Source of the DNA: Desulfatiglandales bacterium
GTDB taxonomy: Bacteria; Desulfobacterota; DSM-4660; Desulfatiglandales; Desulfatiglandaceae
NCBI GenBank assembly: GCA_963662465.1
Contig: OY759599.1
Location: forward strand, 1,120,001 to 1,184,000
Length of the DNA: 64,000 nt
Direction of reading: 5' to 3'
The notes beneath the pieces are model-generated. The model saw only the letters and a list, made by a program, of their open reading frames with translations, was not told the origin of the DNA and did not search any database. Shown here piece after piece: positions 38,038 to 47,728 of this stretch (positions within the stretch are counted from its first letter, which is position 1; every line of letters begins with the position of its first letter). The position numbers were made by a program, and so were the translations under genes.

Positions 38038-39450
38038 CTTTTTCCTTTTGATGGACAAGAGTGCAAAAATCATGGCGCCAAGGGTCAGGAACACGGATAT
38101 GAGGAGTACTTCCTGATAGGCGGGAGGGATGGAACGTCTGAGGGCCTGTGTTTCATTCCACCCTTCGAGGCGTAGTCCCGCCTGATACAGGGTTTGTCGG
38201 GCGGAAAAAATGGCGCCTGAAAATGCCATCCCCAGTGAAATGCCCACCTGTCGTTCCGTGGCGATCAGGGCGGATGCCGAACCGAGTCGTTTTCGCTCCA
38301 CGGCGCCCATGATGGTGCTGTTGTTGGGAGGCTGAAAGGCGCCTACGCCCAGACCCAGCAGGATCAGGATCAGGATGATGGTCGTGATTTCCGTTTGAAG
38401 ATCAAATCCAAGCATGCAGGAAAAGGCGGTGGTAACGGCGCCCGCTCCAAATATCGAGGGCCACACGGGTCCGAAACGGTCGGACAGTGCCCCGCTGATG
38501 GGACTGGCGATCATGGTGATCATGGAGACCACGGCCATGAGTAGGCCTGATTCCAAAGGGGAGAGGTTGATGCCTTCCATGAGGTAAAAGGGCATGATGA
38601 GGATGTAGGGCGGGACGGCCAAAAAAAAGAAAAACAAACTTGCCATGGCATAGGAAAAAGTGCGATTTTTAAACAGGTCCAGGTCGATGATGGGGTCTGT
38701 GGCGCGACGTTCCAACACGACGAAGAGCAGGATCATGATGATGCCGCACCCCAGGAAAAGGAGAACCGGGAGTGATGTGGGTCCGTATCGTTTAATTTGG
38801 CCCATGCCGAAAATCAGGCAGAAAAGCCCAGCCGAGGAAGTGAGGGCGCCCATGACATCCAGGGTCATTTTTTCCGAGCGCCCCTTGTCTTTTTCAAGCA
38901 GGATCAGCGACATGCAAAAGGTGATGATGCCGATGGGCGCCCGGGCATAAAACAGGGATCGCCAGTCCAGCCATTCCAGTAGAAATCCGCCGATAATGGG
39001 TCCCAGAATAAAGCCCGCAGACACGGACATGCTGAGCATTCCCAGCCCTTTTCCGATTTCACCCGCAGGAAAAGCTTCCGTGACGATGGCCGTGCCGCAG
39101 GCAATGGACATGGCCGCTCCCATGGCTTGAATAATTCTGAAGATAATGATCTGTTCCACGTTCTGGGCCAGGGCGCAGGCGGCCATGCCAATGGTAAAAA
39201 CCGCCATGCCGATGGTGTAAATTCGGGTTCTCCCGATGAAATCGCTGATTTTTCCAAAAATGAGCATCAAACTGCTGCTCGCCAGAATGTAGGCTACGGC
39301 TACCCACATGACCGTGGCAAGATCGGTGTGAAACACCCGTGTCAGTTCGGGAAAGGCAATGGTGGTGATGCTGGCGTCCATGGTGGCCATCATGGTGCCC
39401 ATGGCCACTGTGAGCAAGGCTTTCCATTTGTAGGGCAGGGCGGCGGGCAT
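38032..39450 (-). CDS. MFS transporter (DHA2-like)
   Basis: Multiple TM helices, GKISDFIGR, GPIIGG..WRSLF. Confidence 0.9.
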   Translation of the reverse strand: MPAALPYKWKALLTVAMGTMMATMDASITTIAFPELTRVFHTDLATVMWVAVAYILASSSLMLIFGKISDFIGRTRIYTIGMAVFTIGMAACALAQNVEQIIIFRIIQAMGAAMSIACGTAIVTEAFPAGEIGKGLGMLSMSVSAGFILGPIIGGFLLEWLDWRSLFYARAPIGIITFCMSLILLEKDKGRSEKMTLDVMGALTSSAGLFCLIFGMGQIKRYGPTSLPVLLFLGCGIIMILLFVVLERRATDPIIDLDLFKNRTFSYAMASLFFFFLAVPPYILIMPFYLMEGINLSPLESGLLMAVVSMITMIASPISGALSDRFGPVWPSIFGAGAVTTAFSCMLGFDLQTEITTIILILILLGLGVGAFQPPNNSTIMGAVERKRLGSASALIATERQVGISLGMAFSGAIFSARQTLYQAGLRLEGWNETQALRRSIPPAYQEVLLISVFLTLGAMIFALLSIKRKKS

Positions 39451-39567
39451 AGGGCCTCTCAGGGTTTTCGGATGGCATTGTCGCTTGCCTGTTTACCTTT
39501 CGACATTACCGTATCTTTCCGGGAAAAGTCAATGGACTGCGCCGGTTGCTTTTGTAAGGAGGTTTTG

Positions 39568-40401
39568 ATGGGAACGGAAAATCTGCTGGGGGACGCCTAC
39601 CGCTTGACGGCGCATATCCAGGAAGTGTTGCAGGAAAGCAGTCTTGGGAAAGCCTTTCCCAGAGGGGTATCCGGGTCCATGGGGGCTTCCGCGGTTCTTT
39701 TTCCCCTCAGTCGGAAATGCCCGAATTCCCGTTTTGCGGATGATCCCTGCCTGGTTCTCAATAAGCGCTCTCAGCTGATCAAACAGCCTGGAGACCTGTG
39801 TTTTCCGGGCGGCGCCATCGCCCATTGGTTGGACCCGAATCTGGCCCGGGTTATGAGGCTTCCCTTTTTTCCCCTGTCGCGTTGGCCCTACTGGCGGAAA
39901 TGGCAAAGTGAAAGGCCCAGGCAGGCCAGGCGATTGTCGCTGCTTTTTGCCACCAGCATCCGGGAGAGTTTTGAGGAAATGGGATTAAATCCGTTCGGTG
40001 TTCAATTTCTGGGTCCTTTGCCCCCTCAGCGCCTGGTGATGTTTCGGCGGGAGATCTTTCCCTTTGTGGGCTGGATCCGCAACCAGGGGCGGTTTTTCAT
40101 CAACCGGGAAGTTGAGAAAATTGTTCACATCCCTTTGAGGGAACTGCTGAACGTGGACAATTACGCGCAATACAGCCTGCTTTTCAATGTACACAAAGGG
40201 CCGGTCAAAAACGGGGAGTCGCGACATTTCCCCTGTTTCCTGCATCAGACCATGATGGGAACCGAAGTCCTGTGGGGCGCCACTTACCGGATCGTAATGG
40301 TTTTCCTGGATTTGATATTCGGGTTTAAACCGCCCCATATGGATGGGTTACAGGTGGTAAAAGGGGTGATCGATGAAAAGTATTATCGGAACGGTTCTTA
40401 A
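39568..40401 (+). CDS. Nudix hydrolase (CoA pyrophosphatase-like)
   Basis: SAVL, KRS..QPGDLCFPGG, RESFEEMGL, LWGATY. Confidence 0.8.
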   Translation: MGTENLLGDAYRLTAHIQEVLQESSLGKAFPRGVSGSMGASAVLFPLSRKCPNSRFADDPCLVLNKRSQLIKQPGDLCFPGGAIAHWLDPNLARVMRLPFFPLSRWPYWRKWQSERPRQARRLSLLFATSIRESFEEMGLNPFGVQFLGPLPPQRLVMFRREIFPFVGWIRNQGRFFINREVEKIVHIPLRELLNVDNYAQYSLLFNVHKGPVKNGESRHFPCFLHQTMMGTEVLWGATYRIVMVFLDLIFGFKPPHMDGLQVVKGVIDEKYYRNGS

Positions 40402-40535
40402 AATCTGATTTCCACCTGCCCCAAAAAAAGTTGACGGAGGGTTTCAGGCGGGATATCCTACCTTTTAAGGGGATTTCAAAGAGCTTTTATCACGGTGGAA
40501 CAGAAGCATATCCTATGTCACGGGAGTCCATATCA

Positions 40536-41120
40536 ATGGCGGAAGCAATAGAGAAAAATAATAGGCATTATACGTTTGCAGACTATATTGCCTGGCCTGA
40601 TGATAACCGTTGTGAGATAATCGGAGGCTTGGTTTTCAGCATGGCGCCGGGCGCCAGTGAGGTACATCAGTCCGTCTCCGTGGATTTGATTTATCAATTC
40701 AGGGCATCTCTCAAAGACAAAAAATGTAAGATTTTCCATGCGCCCTTTGATGTACTTCTGCCGGAAAAAGGGGAACTGTTTGAAAACAGCAGCAATATCG
40801 TACAGCCTGACATCCTTGTGGTTTGTGATAAAGACAAAATAAAACAGAGAGGTTGCTATGGTCCGCCTGATCTCGTCATAGAAATTCTTTCCCCTTCAAC
40901 AGCCAAAAGAGACCTTAAGGATAAACGGAGACTATATCAACACGTCGGTGTCAGGGAATACTGGATTGTAGATCCCGTGAATCGGGCGGTTCATATCTAT
41001 AAGCTGGGAGAAAACGGAACATATGGGTTTCCGGAGATATTTGCGGAAGATGAGAAGATCAATGTCAATTTACTTGACGATGAATTGGAAATAGATTTGG
41101 GTATCGTTTTCAGCGAATAG
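40536..41120 (+). CDS. Uma2 family endonuclease
   Basis: EIIGG, APFDV, VQPDI, PDLVIEILSPST, GVREYWIVDP. Confidence 0.9.
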   Translation: MAEAIEKNNRHYTFADYIAWPDDNRCEIIGGLVFSMAPGASEVHQSVSVDLIYQFRASLKDKKCKIFHAPFDVLLPEKGELFENSSNIVQPDILVVCDKDKIKQRGCYGPPDLVIEILSPSTAKRDLKDKRRLYQHVGVREYWIVDPVNRAVHIYKLGENGTYGFPEIFAEDEKINVNLLDDELEIDLGIVFSE

Positions 41121-41199
41121 GGGCGCATAATGATAGATCGCATCCGGTGGATAGATCTTGTGGACCGCTTTGGCGTCAGTTCTTCCAAACAGAATCTAG

Positions 41200-43168
41200 C
41201 GTGAGTTTACGAAATAACCGCACCTTAATCAAATAAATCGTGTATTTTTTGATAGTTACAGATTTAAAGTGTACCCCCTAACTTTAATGAACCATGAAAT
41301 GCAGGTATAGCTTGACATAAACGTGTTTTTTGTGATATTTGTACCCCCTAATAATGCATTCTTTGAGGGGGAATACATGTTTTATGGCATATATTACTCG
41401 CAAACAGATCAAAGGCATCACCTATTATTACGCTGAGGAAAGTGAGCGGGTAGATGGGAAGCCTCGACGAAAATGGCAAAAATATTTAGGATCTTTACCG
41501 AAAATAATTGCAGCCGTAGAGGGAATACCTCCAAAACCGACATATGCAGAGATATTTCAGCTTGGTGGTCCCGCAGCCTATTTAAACATTGCTGAAGAAA
41601 TCAATATGATCTCGATTCTTGATAGTGTTTTATCTAAACGAAATCAAGGATTATCTGTTGGGTTCTATTTGACTTTGGCTGCGATAAACCGTGGAATAGA
41701 GGCTGTTAGTAAACGTTCTATGTGGAAATGGTTTCAGGATACTATTCTTTTTCGAGTATTTCCTGAAGCGGATAAAACGTCTCTGAGTTCCCAACGTTTT
41801 TGGGATAACATGTCTTCCATTAAGGAGGATAAAATAATAATAACATGGTTAAAACTTGTAAATTCAATCTTGGATCGAGAAGATATTGATTTGTCTTGCG
41901 CATCTTATGATGGAACTAATTTCTATTCTTTCATTGGATCTTTCAATACACGTTGCTCTCTTGCAAAAAGAGGAAAAAATAAACAGGGGCGCGGTAACCT
42001 CAGACAAATCAATTATGCATTGTTTTGCACACGCAAGGACCATTTTCCATTATACTTTGATGTGTTTGAAGGCAACACGCATGATTCGAAAGAGTTTGGA
42101 ATAGTAATTGAAAACTTTTTCCGTGCCTTTAAAGATAGGAAACCAAATAACGATGGCTTAACAATCGTATTTGATAAAGGCAATAACTCTCAAGAAAACC
42201 TAAATAAATTCGTAGGGGACTCCGGTTTTCATTTTGTCGGTTCAGTCAAGCCGGATGATCATAAGGATTTAGCTTTAATTTCCAATAACGATAAATGTCT
42301 TGTTCCCCTCTCACATCCCAAATTGGATCAGGTTAAGGCATTTCGCACACAGAAAAAAATATATGGAAAAGACCTGACTGTTGTGGTTTCCTTCAACAAC
42401 AATCTTTATACTTCACAAATAAAATCCATTAATAATGAAATAAATAAATGTCTTGGCAAACTTTTAGTTATTTCTACCAAATTAGAAGACCGTGTTGCGG
42501 GAAGAATCACCAAAGGAAAAACACCGACCAAGGAATCCATAAAAAAACAAGTAGCATCAACTCTTTCCGGTCAACATATGAAGACTTTAATCAAAACAAC
42601 TGTTACTGAACATAATGGTATTCCGGTTCTTGCCTATAATTTAGACACCAACTCTTATGCTGAGCTTTCCGATACATATTTGGGGAAAAATATCATCATA
42701 ACAGACAACCATAGCTGGTCGACAGAAGATATTATAGTTACTTATCGAAGCCAGTATGTTATTGAGAACGTTTTTAAACAAATGAAAGACAGAAAAACTG
42801 GAACCTGGTGGCCCATGTTTCATTGGACAGACCAGAAGATAAAGGTTCATGGACTATATTGTTCATTATCCTTGCTTCTTCGAGCCTTGATAATGAAAAG
42901 GACTCAGGAAGCATCAATGCCTATGTCCATAAATAGACTACATAATAAACTTTTCGGAATACGAGAAGTTCTCAATGTATTTCCGAAACGAAAAAATAAA
43001 CAGCCAGCGCAATCGGTTGTTTCCAAGATGGATGAAGTCCAAAAACGGCTTTTCGATCTATTCAAAATGGAACAATATTTGCTAAGTTAGGGGGTACAAA
43101 TGGTGGTGAAATTTTTTAGACATAACAGCAAGTTACAAGATTGACTTTTGCTAATTCGTAAACTCAGG
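41200..43168 (+). mobile_element. IS1634-family insertion sequence
   Basis: Terminal IRs CGTGAGTTTACGAA / TTCGTAAACTCAGG, each flanked by CTAG (target duplication or part of the IR). Confidence 0.85.
41384..43090 (+). CDS. IS1634-family DDE transposase
   Basis: YDGTNFYSF, GNTHD, VFDKGN, YRSQYVIENVFKQMK, PMFHWTDQKIKVH. Confidence 0.9.
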   Translation: MAYITRKQIKGITYYYAEESERVDGKPRRKWQKYLGSLPKIIAAVEGIPPKPTYAEIFQLGGPAAYLNIAEEINMISILDSVLSKRNQGLSVGFYLTLAAINRGIEAVSKRSMWKWFQDTILFRVFPEADKTSLSSQRFWDNMSSIKEDKIIITWLKLVNSILDREDIDLSCASYDGTNFYSFIGSFNTRCSLAKRGKNKQGRGNLRQINYALFCTRKDHFPLYFDVFEGNTHDSKEFGIVIENFFRAFKDRKPNNDGLTIVFDKGNNSQENLNKFVGDSGFHFVGSVKPDDHKDLALISNNDKCLVPLSHPKLDQVKAFRTQKKIYGKDLTVVVSFNNNLYTSQIKSINNEINKCLGKLLVISTKLEDRVAGRITKGKTPTKESIKKQVASTLSGQHMKTLIKTTVTEHNGIPVLAYNLDTNSYAELSDTYLGKNIIITDNHSWSTEDIIVTYRSQYVIENVFKQMKDRKTGTWWPMFHWTDQKIKVHGLYCSLSLLLRALIMKRTQEASMPMSINRLHNKLFGIREVLNVFPKRKNKQPAQSVVSKMDEVQKRLFDLFKMEQYLLS

Positions 43169-43176
43169 CTAGGTTC

Positions 43177-44748
43177 CTAAACCCTTATTTCCACCTCTCT
43201 TTTCAGCTCGGTTTTCACCTGCCCGATGAGTACTTCTTTCCGATGAAAGATTCCGGCGGCCAGGGCTGATTCGGCCTGAGTTTTGGTGAAAACATCGAGG
43301 AAATGTTCCGCGCACCCGGCGCCGCTGGAGGCAATCACGGGGATGGAGACCGCCCCTTTGACCGCGTTGATGAATTCCAGATCAAACCCCTGGCCCGTGC
43401 CGTCCCGGTCGATGCAATTGAGCAGGATCTCCCCGGCCCCCAACTTTTCACAGACTTGCGCCAGGGTTACCGCGTCAAGGTCTCGACCCTCTCTGCCCCC
43501 CTTGATGGTGCATTGATACCAGCAATAGGATTCGCCATTGGGGCCCGGGATTTTGGTCTTGATGACGTGGTGTTTGACCGCTTCAGGCGTTTTCACATAT
43601 ACGCGCCTGGGATCGACGGATATCACCACGGCCTGGTTTCCATAGACCCGGGCGATTTCTTCAATGGCGCTTCGGCCGGTTTTAACGCCGGTTTTAAGAT
43701 ACGCTTCAGCAATCAGGACGGCATCGCCGCCGATGGATATCTTATCCGCGCCGGATCTGAAATATTTTGCGGCGACCTCCAGTGATGTATAGGTTTTGCC
43801 GTCCTTGTCCGTGTAGTCCCGAATGCCGCCGCCGATGGTGAGGGGGACAAAGACATTTTCGGATGTTTTCCGGAGTACTTCCAGCATGGGCATATCTTCC
43901 AGGGGGAAATCCCTGAAACCGGTGATGTTGAGGAAGGTGATTTCGTCGGCGCCCTCCTCGTAGTACCTGCGGGCCAGGTTCACTGGTTTTCCCAGATTGC
44001 GGACATCTCCGTTTTCTCTCACATCATATCGGTCCCCCTTGGTCACCACCAGATCTCCCCGGTCGTTGGTGCGAACGTCCAGACAGGCAATGATGCGTTT
44101 GGCCAGACGGGTTGATTTCGATATTTGTGGGGGTATGGCTGTTTCAACGTCAGCCTTAAGGAAGTTTTTTAAAAGAGAAAGTCCGGATTTGCCGCTTTTT
44201 TCCGGGTGAAACTGGGTGGCGGCAACACGCCCTTTCTGAATGGCGCTGACGAACCGATAACCGTAGTCGGTTGTGGTTAGCACAAAATCATCCGTATCTG
44301 GGCGTACGTGGTAGGAATGAACGAAATAAAACTTCTCGTTTCCCTCAAGTCCGGCAAACAACCTGGATGGCTGATGGATATTCAGACCGTTCCACCCGAT
44401 GTGGGGGACGGAAAGGTCGATGTTAAACCGCTTCACGGTCCCCGGGATGAAGCCCAGACCCGGGATGTTTGGGGCTTCCTCGCTCTTTTCAAAGAGCGCC
44501 TGGAGGCCCAGGCAGATGCCCAGGAAGGGGCGATCGGCTTCGAGATAGGCTTTTAGAGGTGCAACGAATTGCTTTTCATTCAGGATTTTCATCATATTGC
44601 CAAAAGCCCCTACACCGGGGAAAACCAGCTTTTCGGCGGAAATAATGTCTTCTCCCCTTTTGACAAGTTGTACCCGTTCACCAAGATGTTCGATGGCGTT
44701 GATGACGCTTCTGACGTTTCCTGCACCGTAATCCAGCAAGGTGATCAT
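43177..44748 (-). CDS. hisHF: Bifunctional imidazole glycerol phosphate synthase (fused HisH-HisF)
   Basis: LDYGAGNVRS, GICLG, FVHSY, QFHPEKSG, then RIIACLDVR..VVTKGD, GADE, PLTIGGGI, PVIASSGAG. Confidence 0.93.
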   Translation of the reverse strand: MITLLDYGAGNVRSVINAIEHLGERVQLVKRGEDIISAEKLVFPGVGAFGNMMKILNEKQFVAPLKAYLEADRPFLGICLGLQALFEKSEEAPNIPGLGFIPGTVKRFNIDLSVPHIGWNGLNIHQPSRLFAGLEGNEKFYFVHSYHVRPDTDDFVLTTTDYGYRFVSAIQKGRVAATQFHPEKSGKSGLSLLKNFLKADVETAIPPQISKSTRLAKRIIACLDVRTNDRGDLVVTKGDRYDVRENGDVRNLGKPVNLARRYYEEGADEITFLNITGFRDFPLEDMPMLEVLRKTSENVFVPLTIGGGIRDYTDKDGKTYTSLEVAAKYFRSGADKISIGGDAVLIAEAYLKTGVKTGRSAIEEIARVYGNQAVVISVDPRRVYVKTPEAVKHHVIKTKIPGPNGESYCWYQCTIKGGREGRDLDAVTLAQVCEKLGAGEILLNCIDRDGTGQGFDLEFINAVKGAVSIPVIASSGAGCAEHFLDVFTKTQAESALAAGIFHRKEVLIGQVKTELKREVEIRV

Positions 44749-44926
44749 GTGTTGTTTCCTATTCCGTTCGGATTTTTTGTTCCCCTATTTTCAAGGGTAA
44801 GATATGGAGGTTGCTTAACAGCCAGGATTTGGGTTATACAAAATACCGGCCTGATTGTAAAGTTTCAGTCAGGACTGAAACGCGTCTTTTCGCACGGATT
44901 GGCTTTTTTGAAAGGGAAAAGTACTC

Positions 44927-45694
44927 ATGCGTGTCACCAGCATCCAGATGGAAATAAAGGACAGATCTAAGGAAAAAAATCTCGGAGCCGCATTAGCCCT
45001 GGTGGACCAGGCGCCGCCAAGCGACTTGATACTGCTTCCGGAGTTGTGGCCCAGTGGTTATTTTTCATTTCATCGTTATGCAAGCGACAGTGAGCCCATC
45101 GATGGTCCAACGGTTTCAGCCTTGCGGAAAAAAGCGTCGGAATTGGGAACCCATCTTTTAATGGGAAGCCTGGTGCTGAGAGAAGACGATGATCTGTTCA
45201 ACGCGGCGCTTCTTCTGGGGCCTGATGGCGAGATTATCGCCCAGTACCGAAAAATTCATCTTTTCGGATACCAGTCGGAAGAGCGAAAACTGTTGCAGCC
45301 CGGTAAAAAACCGGTGGTAGCGGACCTGCCATGGGGCAAGATGGGGATTACCACCTGCTATGATCTGCGATTTCCGGAGCTTTACAGGTTGATGGTGGAT
45401 CAGGGCGCGGGGTTTTTTCTGGCGCCGTCTGCCTGGCCCATGGCTCGCTTGGACGCGTGGCGGTTGTTCAACCGGGCGCGGGCGCACGAAAATCTGGCCT
45501 ATCTGTTTTCCTGTAATTGTGCAGGCAGGGGAGAAGGCATTCCCTTCGCCGGTCATAGCATGATCGTTGATCCGAGTGGGGCCGTGCTGGCGGAAGGTGG
45601 GGAAGGTGGGTGCTTTGTTTCAGCGGAAATTGATCCCGATCGTGTTTCGAAAGTGCGTGGAGAATTCTCCGCCCTGCATGACCGGGTGTTGTGA
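44927..45694 (+). CDS. Carbon-nitrogen hydrolase family protein
   Basis: LPELW, YRKIHLF, CYDLRFPEL, RAHEN. Confidence 0.92.
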   Translation: MRVTSIQMEIKDRSKEKNLGAALALVDQAPPSDLILLPELWPSGYFSFHRYASDSEPIDGPTVSALRKKASELGTHLLMGSLVLREDDDLFNAALLLGPDGEIIAQYRKIHLFGYQSEERKLLQPGKKPVVADLPWGKMGITTCYDLRFPELYRLMVDQGAGFFLAPSAWPMARLDAWRLFNRARAHENLAYLFSCNCAGRGEGIPFAGHSMIVDPSGAVLAEGGEGGCFVSAEIDPDRVSKVRGEFSALHDRVL

Positions 45695-45735
45695 TCAATT
45701 GGGGGTTTTTACTTCCATTAAAAAGGGGTGTCAAA

Positions 45736-46950
45736 ATGGTTCGAAGCTATGATATCGGTTTGAAACAAGCCCTTTCCTTAACCCTTGGGGCCGTGAAAAC
45801 CCTGCCTGCGGTGTCGATGCCCGTGCATGAGGTATGTGACCGGGTGGCGGCTGAGGATCTAACGGCGGTGGTGGATTGCCCCTCGGCTACGTCTTCTATG
45901 CGGGACGGGTATGCGGTGGTTTCCTCGGATATTGCCAAGGCTTCCCCCGGAAATGGTATTCCACTCAGGATTTCCGGGACCCTGGCCGCGGGAGATGCCG
46001 CAAAAAAAACCGTTCAATCCGGGTATGCCATCAATGTACTGACGGGCGCCGTGATTCCAAAAGGGGCCGATGCCGTGGTGTCCGTGGAGTTTACGGAAAT
46101 GCAGGGTGAAAGGGTCATTTGTCATCGGGATGCGCCGCCGGGATGCAATCTTCTTTCCCGTGGCAGCGATGTTTCGGTTGGAGGATCCATCGTGAGTCGG
46201 GGCCAGATGTTGACGCCTGCGTTGACCGGGCTGCTGGCAGCTGGCGGCGTACACCATGTCAAGGTATTCCCTTCCCCCCGGGTGGCGGTTGCGGCCACGG
46301 GTGACGAGGTGATCGCGCCGGGGCATCCCCTCAGGTCCGGCCAGTTATATGCCAGCAATGTGGTGACCCTCTATTCGTGGCTGCGTCATTTCGGCATGCC
46401 GGGAGAAACCGTCGTTGCTCGGGATGACCCGGATGAACTTGAAAAGACTTTCAGCCGCTTGCTTTCGAAAAATGATGCCCTTTTGACCAGCGGCGGCGCC
46501 TGGAAAAGCGAGCGGGATCTCACCACCAAAGTTCTGGATAAAATGGGCTGGGAAATGTTTTTCCACCGTGTCCGCATCGGTCCCGGAAAGGCCGTGGCCT
46601 TGGGGATTCTGGATGGCAAACCGATCTTTTGCCTTCCCGGCGGTCCCCCGTCCAATGAGATGGCATTTTTGCAGATTGCGCTCCCCGGACTCCTTCGGAT
46701 GGCGGGAAAACCAACGGCGCCGTTTCCACTTAAAAAAGTACGGCTGGCGGAGGAGGTGAGTGGGGATGTCACATGGACCCAGTTTTTTCAGGCAACCCTT
46801 GAAAAAAGGGGAGGGGAGTGGTGGGCCATTCCCCATCGCATGAAAAGTCGGATTCAGTCCCAGGCCCGGGCCCAGGTCCTGATCAAGATTCCGGAAGGGG
46901 TGGCGTGTCTGGCGGCCGGAAACATCATCGAGGTGCAGGTGTTTTTTTGA
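45736..46950 (+). CDS. moeA: Molybdopterin molybdenumtransferase
   Basis: SMRDGYAV, TGAVIPKGADAVV, TGDEV, TSGG, PGK, LPGGP. Confidence 0.9.
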   Translation: MVRSYDIGLKQALSLTLGAVKTLPAVSMPVHEVCDRVAAEDLTAVVDCPSATSSMRDGYAVVSSDIAKASPGNGIPLRISGTLAAGDAAKKTVQSGYAINVLTGAVIPKGADAVVSVEFTEMQGERVICHRDAPPGCNLLSRGSDVSVGGSIVSRGQMLTPALTGLLAAGGVHHVKVFPSPRVAVAATGDEVIAPGHPLRSGQLYASNVVTLYSWLRHFGMPGETVVARDDPDELEKTFSRLLSKNDALLTSGGAWKSERDLTTKVLDKMGWEMFFHRVRIGPGKAVALGILDGKPIFCLPGGPPSNEMAFLQIALPGLLRMAGKPTAPFPLKKVRLAEEVSGDVTWTQFFQATLEKRGGEWWAIPHRMKSRIQSQARAQVLIKIPEGVACLAAGNIIEVQVFF

Positions 46951-47084
46951 GGATGACAAAACACTATGAACAGTGGGCATTCTTCATTTCTCGGTTTACA
47001 CTTTTGTTCCCATGTGAGTAAGCAGGTAATACAAACCCCATAAATCCTTTGCCATCGCCCACGGGCTGGAATGAGAGATGCAAT

Positions 47085-47728
47085 ATGGACTTGATCAAAC
47101 ATGTCAGCATTGAAGGTTTCAAATCCATCAAGACCCTTGATCGGCTGGAACTGGGTGCGATCAATGTGATGATAGGCCCCAATGGATCCGGCAAATCCAA
47201 TTTCATCAGCTTTTTCCAGTTGCTCAATTATGCCATGACGGAATCGCTGCAGGATTACATCAAAAAAAGAGGATTTGCCGAAAGCTTTTTGTGTCTGGGC
47301 TCAAAAACCACTTCTCGGATACGGGGCGAATTGGAGTTCGGCACGGAGAATGGGACAAACCGGTATCGGTTTACACTTGTTGCCGCTGCCGGGGACATTC
47401 TGATATTTTCGGAAGAAAGCATTTTCTTTCAAGCCAATGGCCATCCACGGCTTATCGAAAACACCCTGGATCCGGGAGGCAGGGAAAGCGCCTTGCCGAA
47501 GGCAACAATCCCGCCACTCAATCATGCTGAAATGGCCACGGCCCGAGCCATCTCGAACCAGCTTTCGAGAAAGCGCGTTTACCAATTCCACGACACCTCC
47601 ATGGAATCGCGACTTAGAAAGGCAACCTTTCTGGATGACAATCGCTATCTCCGGTCCGACGGCGGAAACCTCCCCGCTGTCCTTTTTCGATTGCAGCAAG
47701 ACAGGTCCGATTATTACCGAAGAATCAT
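47085..47728 (+). pseudogene. AAA_21/ABC-type ATPase, N-terminal part interrupted by an IS
   Basis: GFKSI, IGPNGSGKSNF, YQFHDT, DGGNL. Confidence 0.85.

Noticed and set aside
39127..39567. Long N-terminal extension of the Nudix ORF
   Set aside because: Overlaps the MFS gene on the opposite strand; an AGGAGG RBS supports the start at 39568.
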